Shown one piece after another: positions 29,298 to 39,170 of a stretch of DNA of 48,949 bases. The number at the start of each line of letters is the position of its first letter. The stretch's first letter is position 1. Position numbers and translations under genes: made by a program. The notes below the pieces were generated by a model, which had not been told where the DNA came from, ran no database searches, and worked only from the letters and a program-made list of their open reading frames with translations. Source of the stretch: Chloroflexota bacterium (GTDB taxonomy: Bacteria > Chloroflexota > Chloroflexia > QHBQ01); assembly GCA_043754535.1 (NCBI GenBank), contig JAYUUN010000040.1, positions 1-48,949 of the forward strand, in the 5' to 3' direction.

Positions 29298-30371
29298 CTA
29301 TGTCCTCCCCTGGTTGGCGGCCTGGCGGTCGCTGCGACGCTCCAGCCGCTCAAGCGTCACCCCATCGCTGTCCTGCGTCTCATCGGGGTGGTCGGCAGCG
29401 TCCTGCTCCATCAGTTGGAAAAACACCTCATCAAAGTTGGGCTTGTACTCGCTGAGGCTCTTGACCTCTACACCCGCCGCTAGCAGTGCCGCCGCGATGT
29501 CGGGCGTGGCCTCGCCTGCGTCGGCTACGTAGACGCGGATGGTGCCGTGGGCCAAATCTTCAATGCCCCGATAGGTTGGTAGTGGCTTGAGTATCTGCTC
29601 TAGCATCGGGCAGGTGTGGCGGCTGTCTACCGTCAGGTCAACCGCCTCGCTGCCACCGAGGGCGCGGCGACGCAACTCCACCGGGGTGCCAATGGCGATC
29701 AGCCGCCCCTTGTTGATCACCCCCACCCGGTCGCAGTATTCGCTCTCGCCAATGTACTGGGTGGTGACGAACAGGGTGCGCCCAGCATCGCGCAGCTTGC
29801 GGAACTCCTCCCAGAACTTGACGCGCAGGATCGGGTCGATACCAGCTGTCGGCTCGTCCACGAAGATGACGGTGGGGCGGTGGACGAGGGTAGCGGCCAG
29901 TTCTAGCCGCCGCTGCATCCCACCAGAGATGTTGCCTGCCAACTTGCCGCGATGCTCCCACAGTTCGACGAAATCGAGTGCCTCGCGCACCTGCGCCTTG
30001 CGCTTCCACCAGGGCATACCGTAGATGGAGGCAACGAAGTTCATGTTCTCCATCACGCTGAGGCTGGGGTAGAGGACGAACAACTGGGGCATATAGCCGT
30101 AGCGTTCGTGCAACGTGCTGGCCGAGTGATGGGGGTTCTGACCGAGCATCCGCACCCGCCCACCGCTGGGTTCGTAGATGCCGGTGATCAGCCGCATGGT
30201 GGTGGTCTTGCCCGACCCAGAGGGGCCGATGAAGCCGAATATCTCTCCCTCATACACCTCGAAGCTAACGTCGTTGACCGACACTTGCGCGCCGAAGCGT
30301 TTGCTCAGGTGTTCGACTGTGATCACGCTGCGACGGCTGCTTGCGCTGGCTGGCTGGCTTGCCACTGGCAC
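29298..30371 (-). CDS. ABC exporter ATP-binding protein
   Basis: GPSGSGKTT, ISGGMQRR, VDEPTAGIDP; AGAGGAG RBS before GTG. Confidence 0.94.
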   Translation of the reverse strand: MPVASQPASASSRRSVITVEHLSKRFGAQVSVNDVSFEVYEGEIFGFIGPSGSGKTTTMRLITGIYEPSGGRVRMLGQNPHHSASTLHERYGYMPQLFVLYPSLSVMENMNFVASIYGMPWWKRKAQVREALDFVELWEHRGKLAGNISGGMQRRLELAATLVHRPTVIFVDEPTAGIDPILRVKFWEEFRKLRDAGRTLFVTTQYIGESEYCDRVGVINKGRLIAIGTPVELRRRALGGSEAVDLTVDSRHTCPMLEQILKPLPTYRGIEDLAHGTIRVYVADAGEATPDIAAALLAAGVEVKSLSEYKPNFDEVFFQLMEQDAADHPDETQDSDGVTLERLERRSDRQAANQGRT

Positions 30372-30541
30372 TCTCCTCTGCTTTGTTGCAAGCTATAACC
30401 ACATACTGGGCCAACTTGTTACTGATCCTGCTATGCTACAGCCGCTGCTACACCGTAGCGGGAGGAGGTTGGCAACGGGCGTGCAACTGGCAGCCCACAG
30501 TGGGCATTGGCTGCCGCAGCCCGGCTAGTTACTGAAGAAGA

Positions 30542-31825
30542 TCAGGCTGTAGCCTCTAGTTGCTCCAGCGGCACCGCCTCGCGGATCAGGTGGCTGACCG
30601 TTGCCAGCCCGGCAAAGATGGTGATCCAGACCGCCAGCACCGCGAATGTCCCTTGTGCGCCGATGTGTTCCAGCAACCAGCCTGCCGCCACTGCCGCGAT
30701 AGGCCGAATGCCCCAGGCCACCAGGCGGAACGCGCTGTTCACCCGCCCCTGCAACTGGTCGGGGATCAGGGCCAGCCGGTAGGGATACTGGTTGAGGTCG
30801 TAGAATGTGGTGGTGCTAGCCCAGCTTAGGGCCACCAGGCCCAGTAGCCAGAGGTTGGGAGCCAGGGCGTAGAGTACCATACACGCCACCTCCGCCCACA
30901 AGCTACCAATCATGATCCGCCCATAACTGATCCGCAGCCGTAGCCGCTCGTTGAGCAGCGACACGAGTAGCCCTCCTACTGCCCACATACTTAGCAGTAG
31001 CCCCGTAGTCGGCTCGTCCGCCCCAAGCTCGCGCGCCCGCACGACCAGCAGCAGCGCAATGCAGCCGATGATGCCGTTCACCCCCAGGTTGAGCAGGGCC
31101 ATCATCTTGACGAAAGGCCGCTGCCAAATCCAGGCCATGCCTTCCTTGATCTCTGTCCAGAGGTGGTGGTCGCTCTTGGCCCGTTCGCCCTGGAAGTCGG
31201 TCTTGATGAAGGTAAGGGAGACGACCGAGGCAGCGTATGAGATCGCATCGAAGACGAAGGGGAAGGTGCGGCCCACGCTCTTGAACAGGAAGCCACCGAG
31301 CGGCGCGCCCAGCAGTTCGACTACACTGCCAGCCGCGTAGAACTGGCTGTTGGCTGCGGCCAACTGCTCCTTAGTCACCACGCGAGGGATGGCTGCCGTC
31401 TCTGCCGCGACGAAGAAGACGAAGCAGCAACCATCTATCAGCGCGTTGGCATAGATCAGCCAGACGCTCAGCCCACCGAGGGCCAGGGCGAGGGGGATGC
31501 TTGCCATGTTCGCAGCCCGGATCATATCGCAGACGATCAGCACCCGCTTGCGATCCCAGCGGTCTACCAACGCGCCAGCGGGCAGGCTGAGGAGGATGTA
31601 GGGTACCCAGACCAATCCCCCGGCAACCCCTGCCGCCTGTGGCGAGTTGGTCAGGGCCAGGATCAGCAGGGTGAGGGCAAAACCCGACATACTACTGCCC
31701 AGTTGCGAGACCACCTGCCCGCTCCAGAGCAGGATGAAGTCGCGGTTGCGCCAGAGCGATGCTCGTTTTGCTGCCGCTCCCTTCGCCTCCTCTCCTACTG
31801 CTGCCCCCTCTTTCAGTTGCGCCAT
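30542..31825 (-). CDS. MFS transporter (MefA/DHA3-like)
   Basis: LWRNRDFILLWSGQ, GALVDRWDRKR, IPDQLQGRVNS; about 12 TM. Confidence 0.9.
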   Translation of the reverse strand: MAQLKEGAAVGEEAKGAAAKRASLWRNRDFILLWSGQVVSQLGSSMSGFALTLLILALTNSPQAAGVAGGLVWVPYILLSLPAGALVDRWDRKRVLIVCDMIRAANMASIPLALALGGLSVWLIYANALIDGCCFVFFVAAETAAIPRVVTKEQLAAANSQFYAAGSVVELLGAPLGGFLFKSVGRTFPFVFDAISYAASVVSLTFIKTDFQGERAKSDHHLWTEIKEGMAWIWQRPFVKMMALLNLGVNGIIGCIALLLVVRARELGADEPTTGLLLSMWAVGGLLVSLLNERLRLRISYGRIMIGSLWAEVACMVLYALAPNLWLLGLVALSWASTTTFYDLNQYPYRLALIPDQLQGRVNSAFRLVAWGIRPIAAVAAGWLLEHIGAQGTFAVLAVWITIFAGLATVSHLIREAVPLEQLEATA

Positions 31826-31957
31826 GCTGACCCTCCCGTTCATGCTGCCTCATTATGCCCCACTGGGCTGACTCTGTAAATACCACTTCTGCCCGATCTT
31901 TCTACCAAGCTGCCTATTAGACCTACATTAGACCAGCCGCGCCCACTGGTTCTACCC

Positions 31958-31986
31958 TTGACATGATCAGGCTCAAGTTGTATCAT
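31958..31986 (+). promoter_or_regulatory. Sigma70 promoter of the hrcA-grpE-dnaK operon
   Basis: TTGACA (31958-31963), 17 nt, TATCAT (31981-31986). Confidence 0.8.
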
Positions 31987-31996
31987 TAGGCAACAG

Positions 31997-32022
31997 ATAG
32001 CACTCGCATCTTGGAGTGCCAA
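31997..32022 (+). promoter_or_regulatory. CIRCE-like operator (HrcA site)
   Basis: ATAGCACTC-GCATCTTG-GAGTGCCAA versus canonical TTAGCACTC-N9-GAGTGCTAA; the spacer here is 8 nt. Confidence 0.8.
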
Positions 32023-32070
32023 TCAGTCAACAACTTGAGCGTAGCACTATCAAGTCAGGGGTTTGCAGCC

Positions 32071-33093
32071 GTGGAACTCAGTGAACGCCAGCGGCGTATC
32101 CTCCAGGTGATCGTCGAAGAATACATCAGCACTGTCCACCCTGTCGCCAGCGAGAATATCGCGGCTCGCTCTGGCCTGGGCGTGAAACAGGCCACGGTGC
32201 GGAACGAGATGGCAGAACTGGAGGCTGCTGGCTATATCACCCATCCTCACACCTCCGCTGGTCGCATTCCCTCCGACAAGGGCTATCGCTACTTTGTGGA
32301 GAACCTGCTGGACAACAGTGGCAACCTCTCCAACGATGAGCAGCGCACCATCCAGCACCAGTTCTACCAGGTGCAGCGCGACCTTGACGAGTGGATGCGC
32401 CTCAGCACCGCCGTCCTCTCCCGTGCCTTGCAGAACGCGGCGATCATCACTGAACCGAAGGGGCCGAGCGTCTTGTTCAAGCAGTGTCAGCTACTCAGCC
32501 TGCAAGACCGCACCGCCCTGCTGATCCTGGTCACCAACGATGGTACTGTACGCCAGGCGGTGATCACCCTCGACCAGCAGCGCAGCGAAGATGAGTTGGC
32601 GACCGTCGGCAACAAGCTGACCGCCTTGCTGCGCGGCAAGAGTCTGCTAGAGATACCGCTAGCCGATGGTGACCTGAACGAGTTTGAGCGGGCGGTGGAG
32701 AGCCAGATGATCGGCCTGCTCCGTTCGGTAGAAGACTTCAGCAGCCGCGATATCACCTATGATGGGCTGGTCAAGATGCTCAACCAACCAGAGTTCAAAG
32801 CGACCGAGCGGGTTAAGCAGGTGATCGAACTGTTGGAGAATGGAGGGGTGCTGCTTACCATCCTGCCCGACGTACTCAACCAGGAGGGGGTGCAGGTGAT
32901 CATTGGCGACGAGAACAAGCTGAATGACCTGCGCCAGTGTAGTATCATCCTCACCCGCTATGGGGTGGATGAGAAGGCAGGGGTGCTGGGTATCATCGGC
33001 CCGACCCGCATGGAGTATGGCCGCACGATCAGTGGTGTGCGCTACGTCTCCCGCCTGCTCAGTGAAATGATGCGCGATGTGTACGGCAAATGA
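32071..33093 (+). CDS. hrcA: Heat-inducible transcription repressor HrcA
   Basis: LSERQRRIL, ATVRNEMAELE..HPHTSAGRIPSDKGYRYFV, IIGPTRMEY. Confidence 0.97.
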   Translation: MELSERQRRILQVIVEEYISTVHPVASENIAARSGLGVKQATVRNEMAELEAAGYITHPHTSAGRIPSDKGYRYFVENLLDNSGNLSNDEQRTIQHQFYQVQRDLDEWMRLSTAVLSRALQNAAIITEPKGPSVLFKQCQLLSLQDRTALLILVTNDGTVRQAVITLDQQRSEDELATVGNKLTALLRGKSLLEIPLADGDLNEFERAVESQMIGLLRSVEDFSSRDITYDGLVKMLNQPEFKATERVKQVIELLENGGVLLTILPDVLNQEGVQVIIGDENKLNDLRQCSIILTRYGVDEKAGVLGIIGPTRMEYGRTISGVRYVSRLLSEMMRDVYGK

Positions 33094-33156
33094 ACCTCCC
33101 CTGCCTGCTTCCCCACAGGAAGGCAGAGCGGGGCATAAGGAAGGAGTTAATCTCTG

Positions 33157-33717
33157 GTGAGCAAAGACGAACAAAGCAGCAACGAACAGAGTGAGGCGCA
33201 GGAGAACGGCCCCACCCTCAGTGACGTGCTGAACGAAATCAACACCCAACCGACCGACGCTAGGGCCGCCGAGTACCTGGATGCCTTGCAGCGTGAGCGG
33301 GCCGCTTTCATCAACTACAAGCGGCGGGTAGAAGCCGAGCGCATAGAGTTGTTTGGCATGGCAAAGTCCGAAGTGATCAGCAAGCTGCTGGTCGTGCTAG
33401 ACGACCTCGAACTAGCCCTGCGCTACAAGCCCGCCGTCGAACGCTTCGATGAGAAGGAGCGCAAGTGGCTGGAAGGAGTGCTGGCGATTGAGCGTAAGCT
33501 GCGCCAGGTGATGGAGAACGAAGGTCTAGCCCCTATCGAAGCGGTCGGCCAGCCCTTCGACCCCAGCCGTCACGAAGCGGTCGGCATGGAGGATGGTGAG
33601 GGCGGTCAGGAGGTCGTAGCCAGTGAGTACCGCCGCGGCTACACCTACAAGGGCAAGGTACTGCGCCCTAGCATGGTGATGGTCAAGCGCACTGATGCCA
33701 CTGGCAACCAAAAATAG
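33157..33717 (+). CDS. grpE: Nucleotide exchange factor GrpE
   Basis: RAAFINYKRR, FDPSRHEAV, GYTYKGKVLRPSMVMV. Confidence 0.96.
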   Translation: MSKDEQSSNEQSEAQENGPTLSDVLNEINTQPTDARAAEYLDALQRERAAFINYKRRVEAERIELFGMAKSEVISKLLVVLDDLELALRYKPAVERFDEKERKWLEGVLAIERKLRQVMENEGLAPIEAVGQPFDPSRHEAVGMEDGEGGQEVVASEYRRGYTYKGKVLRPSMVMVKRTDATGNQK

Positions 33718-33795
33718 CACTACTCCTGTTGCTCAAGCATAGCAAGCGGGGTTTCTACACTACAGGTTCTTACATTACGGAGGTAAAGGCAGACA

Positions 33796-35727
33796 ATGGC
33801 TAAGATTATCGGTATTGACCTCGGCACCACCAACTCGGTTGTAGCCGTGATCGAAGGCGGCGAGGCGACCGTCATCCCCAACGTAGAGGGCGCACGCACC
33901 ACCCCATCGGTTGTAGCGATCAGCAAGAGCGGCGAACGGCTGGTCGGCCAGGTCGCCAAGCGGCAATCGATCACCAACCCAGAGAACACCATCTTCTCGA
34001 TCAAGCGGTTTATGGGCCGCAAGTTCAACGACCCCATTGTGCAGCGCGACATCAAGCTAGTCCCCTACAAGGTGACGGAAGCGGCGAACGGCGACGCGCA
34101 GGTGATGCTCGGTGGCCGCACTTACTCGCCACCCGAAGTCTCCGCGATGATCCTACAAAAGCTGAAGGCTGACGCAGAAGCCTACCTCGGCGAAACCGTC
34201 ACCCAGGCCGTGATCACCGTTCCCGCTTACTTCAACGACAGCCAGCGGCAGGCAACTAAGGACGCGGGCCGCATCGCTGGGCTAGAAGTCCTCCGCATCA
34301 TCAACGAGCCGACCGCCTCGGCCCTAGCTTATGGCGTGGACAAGGAAGGCCGTGAGGAGACGCTTGCCGTCTACGACCTCGGCGGCGGCACCTACGACAT
34401 CAGCGTGCTGACCCTCGGTGAGGGCGTGTTCGACGTGCAGGCTACCAACGGTGACACCCACCTCGGCGGCGACGACTTCGACCAGCGCATCATTGACTGG
34501 CTGGCTGACAGCTTCAAGCGTGATGAGGGGATTGACCTCCGCAGCGACCGCATGGCTTTGCAACGCCTGAAGGAAGCGGCAGAGCGGGCCAAGATCGAGC
34601 TTTCCAGCACCCAGCAGGCCGAGATCAACCTGCCCTTCATCACCGCTACCGCTGAAGGCCCGAAGCACCTCAACTACAATCTCAGCCGCAGTAAGCTAGA
34701 GCAGATGGTGGATGACCTTGTGCAGGGGACGATCCCGCCGATGAAGGCTGCCCTCAAGGACGCTGGCATTGACACTAGCAAGATCGACCAGGTGTTGCTC
34801 GTTGGCGGCCAGACCCGTATGCCCGCCGTGCAGGACAAGGTTAAGAGCTTCTTCGGCAAGGACCCCAACCGTGGGATCAACCCCGATGAAGTGGTGGCCC
34901 TCGGCGCAGCGGTGCAGGCTGGCGTGCTGGGTGGCGAAGTGAAGGACGTACTGCTGCTGGATGTCACCCCGCTGACGCTGGCTATCGAGACGATGGGCGG
35001 CATTGCCACCCCGCTGATCGAGCGCAATACTACCATCCCAGTGAGCAAGAGCCAGGTCTTCAGCACCGCTAGTGACAGCCAGACCAGCGTGGAGATTCAT
35101 GTCACCCAGGGCGAACGCCCCCTCTCTAGCGAGAACAAGACCCTTGCCCGCTTCATCCTGGACGGTATCCCACCCGCGCCGCGTGGGGTGCCGCAGGTGG
35201 AGGTTACGTTCGACATCGACGCAAACGGTATCCTCAACGTGATCGCTAAGGACAAGGCGACCAACCGCGAGCAGAAGGTGGTGATCACCGCCAGTTCGGG
35301 CCTGAGCAAGGACGAAGTGGATAAGATGGTCAAGGAGGCCGCCACCCATGCCGACGAGGATCGCAAGCAGCGTGACCTGATCGAGGCCCGCAACCAGGGT
35401 GACACGCTCGCCTTCAGTGCGGAGAAGACCCTGCGCGAGTATGGCGAACAAATCCCGGCTGAGGTCAAGCGCGAAGTTGAGGATCGGGTAGCTACCCTGC
35501 GCGGCACTCTCGCTGGCGAAGATGCAGCCGCCATCCGTGCTGCCAGTGATGCTCTGCAACCAGCATTGCAGAAGGTTGGGCAGGCGATGTACGGGGCAGC
35601 AGGCGCAGCGCAGCCCGGTGCCGACGGCTCGGCTGGTCACAGCAACGGCAACGGTAGCAGCGACGGTAGCGGCGACGGCGCGCCCGAAGGCACCGTCGAG
35701 GGTGAGTACCGCGAAGTGAACAGCTAA
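33796..35727 (+). CDS. dnaK: Chaperone DnaK (Hsp70)
   Basis: [44 protein letters not shown]. Confidence 0.99.
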   Translation: MAKIIGIDLGTTNSVVAVIEGGEATVIPNVEGARTTPSVVAISKSGERLVGQVAKRQSITNPENTIFSIKRFMGRKFNDPIVQRDIKLVPYKVTEAANGDAQVMLGGRTYSPPEVSAMILQKLKADAEAYLGETVTQAVITVPAYFNDSQRQATKDAGRIAGLEVLRIINEPTASALAYGVDKEGREETLAVYDLGGGTYDISVLTLGEGVFDVQATNGDTHLGGDDFDQRIIDWLADSFKRDEGIDLRSDRMALQRLKEAAERAKIELSSTQQAEINLPFITATAEGPKHLNYNLSRSKLEQMVDDLVQGTIPPMKAALKDAGIDTSKIDQVLLVGGQTRMPAVQDKVKSFFGKDPNRGINPDEVVALGAAVQAGVLGGEVKDVLLLDVTPLTLAIETMGGIATPLIERNTTIPVSKSQVFSTASDSQTSVEIHVTQGERPLSSENKTLARFILDGIPPAPRGVPQVEVTFDIDANGILNVIAKDKATNREQKVVITASSGLSKDEVDKMVKEAATHADEDRKQRDLIEARNQGDTLAFSAEKTLREYGEQIPAEVKREVEDRVATLRGTLAGEDAAAIRAASDALQPALQKVGQAMYGAAGAAQPGADGSAGHSNGNGSSDGSGDGAPEGTVEGEYREVNS

Positions 35728-35742
35728 CCAACATATAACCCG

Positions 35743-35767
35743 GCCCGCCTCCCCACCGGAGGCGGGC
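35743..35767 (+). terminator. GC hairpin after dnaK (terminator or mRNA stabiliser)
   Basis: GCCCGCCTCC-CCACC-GGAGGCGGGC with a weak U tract; followed by an extended -10 TGGTATAAT (35790-35798) upstream of dnaJ. Confidence 0.6.
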
Positions 35768-35925
35768 TAATCCTATTCTAACGCTAAGTTGGTATAATAG
35801 GAGAACAATCTGGCGCAAGGGGCTATCTTCTTGGCCCAAGCCTGCCTTGCGGGGCGGCCCAGCGGGTAGCAGCAAACCTGCCCGCAGCTAGCGACGTAGA
35901 GACCATCAACAACATGAGGCGAACG

Positions 35926-37059
35926 ATGACCACACCGAAGCGTGACTATTACGAGGTACTGGGGCTGGCGAAGGGAGCAACCGAGGAGGAGCTAAAGAAG
36001 GCTTACCGACGGATGGCGAAGCAGTACCACCCTGATACCAACAAAGACCCCGCTGCCGAGGCGAAGTTTAAGGAGATCAACGAGGCTTATCAGGTCTTGA
36101 ACGACCCCGACAAGCGTTCGCTCTACGACCGTATTGGTCATGCTGGCGCGAATATGGGCGGTGGCACCTACGACCCTTATGGCGGCATGGGTGGCGCGGG
36201 CATGAACATCAACGATATCTTTGAGATGTTCAATGGCGCAATGGGTGGCACCCGCGCCGCTGGCCCACAGCGTGGCGCGAACATTGGCACCCGCATCCAG
36301 CTTGATTTCGAGAACGCCGTCTTCGGCAGCGAGCGCGAGGTCGAGGTAACCCGCTTCATCGCCTGCCAAACTTGCAACGGCAACGGAGCCGAGCCAGGCA
36401 CTACCCCCGAAACCTGCGACAAGTGCAAGGGGACGGGCGAACTGCGCCGCGTACAGCAATCGGTCTTCGGTTCGCTGGTCGGCGTAGTCGCCTGCGACAA
36501 GTGTCGGGGCGAGGGCCGTTTGATCACTACCCCCTGCAAGACTTGCAAGGGCGAAGGCCGCGTGCGCCAGAGTGATCGGCTGGCAGTCAAGGTACCGGCG
36601 GGGGTGGACGATGGTACCCAGATCAGGCTGACTGGCGAAGGCGACATGGGCGTGCGTAGCGCGCCAGCAGGCGATCTCTACATCGCAATCGGGGTCAAGC
36701 CGCACAAGCTGTTCAAGCGGGCAGGCAACGATATCCTGCTAGACTGGCCGATCAATGTGGCCCAGGCTGCTCTCGGCGACGAGATCGAGGTGCCGACCGT
36801 TGACGGTCAGGATGTGCCGATCAAGGTGGCGGCTGGCACCCAGGGCGACAAGGTGATCACTCTGCGCGACCGCGGCGTACCCTACCTGCGACAGAGCGGA
36901 CGCGGCGATATGCTGGTGCGCCTCAAGGTGCAGATACCGGGCAACCTGAACGACGAGCAGCGGCGGCTGTTTGAGGAACTGGGCCGCAGCTTTGGGCGCG
37001 AGGTTAGCCAACAGGACAACAAGAGCTTCTTCGGCAAGCTATTTGGTGGCAGTAGCTAG
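35926..37059 (+). CDS. dnaJ: Chaperone DnaJ
   Basis: DYYEVLG, HPD, G/F region, four CxxCxGxG repeats. Alternative start 35914. Confidence 0.98.
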   Translation: MTTPKRDYYEVLGLAKGATEEELKKAYRRMAKQYHPDTNKDPAAEAKFKEINEAYQVLNDPDKRSLYDRIGHAGANMGGGTYDPYGGMGGAGMNINDIFEMFNGAMGGTRAAGPQRGANIGTRIQLDFENAVFGSEREVEVTRFIACQTCNGNGAEPGTTPETCDKCKGTGELRRVQQSVFGSLVGVVACDKCRGEGRLITTPCKTCKGEGRVRQSDRLAVKVPAGVDDGTQIRLTGEGDMGVRSAPAGDLYIAIGVKPHKLFKRAGNDILLDWPINVAQAALGDEIEVPTVDGQDVPIKVAAGTQGDKVITLRDRGVPYLRQSGRGDMLVRLKVQIPGNLNDEQRRLFEELGRSFGREVSQQDNKSFFGKLFGGSS

Positions 37060-37224
37060 CTAAGCGATGGCCTGGAAACTGATGAACTGTGCGGTGGTGT
37101 CAACTTTCAACGATTACCCTTGTGCCAATCCTCCAGCAGAATGGCCCGAAGTCCGAGCAGTTGCAGCCTTGCAGCTGAGGCCGCTTTGCGCTATGATAGC
37201 CGTAACATTTACGGGGGTAAGCGG

Positions 37225-37689
37225 ATGGTTGACGAGGTAGATACCCGCATATTGGCACAATTGCAGGAGAATGCGCGCACGCCGCTGGTTGAGGTGGCGA
37301 AGCGGCTAGGCATGGCGACCAGTTCGGTGCATGAACGGGTGCGTAAGCTAGAAGCGCGCGGCGTAATCCGTGGCTACCAGCCGATCCTTGACGCAGAAGC
37401 TCTCGGATTTGGGGTGATGGCAATGGTGCAACTGAGCCTGACCGGGGGCTTCGACAAGTCGCCCAGCATCGAGGAGCGGCTGGCTGGGTTCAGCGAGATC
37501 GAGGACTGCTTTGGGGTGGCGGGTGACGACGACTACATCCTGCGCGTCCGCACCCGCACCGCCCGCGACCTGGAAGCCTTGCTCAAGCGGATCAACACCA
37601 TACCTGGCGTGTTCCGCACGCGAACCAACGTAATTCTCTCCACCTACTTTGAGCGGCGGCACCTACCGCTGTCCAAAGAGGATAGATGA
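37225..37689 (+). CDS. Lrp/AsnC family transcriptional regulator
   Basis: DEVDTRILAQLQENAR..VHERVRKLEARGVI; GDDDYILRV. Confidence 0.93.
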   Translation: MVDEVDTRILAQLQENARTPLVEVAKRLGMATSSVHERVRKLEARGVIRGYQPILDAEALGFGVMAMVQLSLTGGFDKSPSIEERLAGFSEIEDCFGVAGDDDYILRVRTRTARDLEALLKRINTIPGVFRTRTNVILSTYFERRHLPLSKEDR

Positions 37690-37814
37690 GGCAGCAGGCG
37701 TGCGGCGGCAGGCTGGCTCAATTTGCGGCTTGCTCTGGTTGAAGCGGCAGTTTTTGGCAGGGACGCAGCAAGAGTGTGTTGCGTCCCCCAGTTGGTAGCA
37801 GGGGGTGCAGCGCG

Positions 37815-38475
37815 ATGGCGGTAGAGAGCGAACAGGGAGAGGCCGAGCAGCAGGAGCTTACCGTTGCCGGGCGCAACCGGGCTAGCAGTGGCGAAATCCT
37901 GACGATGATGACAACAGAGCATTACAACTTGCAGGGGGCTAGTGCAGCCACGATCAGCGAGAGCAACGGGCGCGCCAGCCTCTTTCTCAGCACGGTTAGC
38001 GGCACATTGCTGGCCCTCAGCTTCGTCGGCCTGGTCACTTTCGTGCGCGCTTTGGAGACCGCCGTCGCCAACATCCTCTACCTGCTTGGCATCAACCGCA
38101 TCCGCCACTACTACACTGAAGTAGCCCCCGAAGTCGCCCCCTACTTCGTCCTTTCTACCCACGATGACAACGCCGGGGCGATGAACAGCGTGGGGGGCAA
38201 GCGGCACGACTGGTTGGTGGGGAACTTGGATGACGACCGCTAGCATGGTCGCGGTGATCGACAGCGTGATCCTCGGCGTGTTCGTCGGCTTGCTGCTGCG
38301 TGCCATGCTGGGCCTGGACTTCGGCTGGGTGGCAGCAGCAGGGGTTGCTGCATTCCTGCTCTCCGTCGCTGCCTTCACCCTCTACCAGACCCGCCACTGG
38401 CTGGGCGCAGCGGCACGCCTGACAACGATGTTCCCCAGCCAGGGCGAGGCACGCCCACCTCAGCAGCTTGGCTAG
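37815..38475 (+). pseudogene. Frameshifted hypothetical membrane protein
   Basis: ORF 37815-38243 (TTEHYNLQ..ISESNGRASLFL..GINRIRHYY) continues naturally in another frame (TTASMVAVIDSVILG..) from about 38230. Confidence 0.55.
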
Positions 38476-38566
38476 CTCGCGAGTGTGCTGCCAATGCACG
38501 CGTGGACTTGACCACATTGCCACAAAGATGTTAGGATCAGCCAGAACTCAACGAGGAGGGTAAGCA

Positions 38567-39013
38567 ATGGCGCAGCAGTTCAGCGGGATGCAGTTTCTTA
38601 CGATCTACGTGCCAGATGTATTCAAGGAGCTAGACTTCTTCGATCGACTGTTTGGCTTCCAGGTGGTTGTCTCCGACCTGATCGAGAACTACGCGATTAT
38701 CAAGCCTACTATTGGCGAGGGGGCGATCATGCGGATCGTCAAGCACAATACCGACCACCCCTTCCACAACAAAGGCAACAGCATCGAACTGAACATCGAG
38801 GTGGAGAACCTGGATCAATTGATCAGCGTGCTGCACTCTGAAGATGTGGAGATTGTGCGCCTACCCGCGCTGATGCCCTGGGGCTGGCGACACGCCTGGG
38901 TGCGCGACCCCGCCCGCAACCTGATCAGCGTCTACCAGACCGATGGCAAGCCGATGACGGTTGGCCCTAGCCGCGCCAGCACGATGGCTTTCCACGCTCC
39001 AACGACGAAGTGA
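38567..39013 (+). CDS. VOC/glyoxalase family protein
   Basis: TIYVPD..FFDRLFGF, IEVENLD, MPWGWRHAWVRDPARNLI; GAGGAGG RBS. Confidence 0.9.
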   Translation: MAQQFSGMQFLTIYVPDVFKELDFFDRLFGFQVVVSDLIENYAIIKPTIGEGAIMRIVKHNTDHPFHNKGNSIELNIEVENLDQLISVLHSEDVEIVRLPALMPWGWRHAWVRDPARNLISVYQTDGKPMTVGPSRASTMAFHAPTTK

Positions 39014-39170
39014 TTCGCCTACCACATTTGGGTCTGGCTGTGCGCCATACAGCCCAACCACCCCATCCCCCTCCCTGCGCCAGATGTAAGATTTGTAGTA
39101 TAATATGGCAGTGCTTCGTAGCCGCCGCAGAACCGCGACGGGGTATCGTGCAGAGAAAGGGTTGAGAGAA

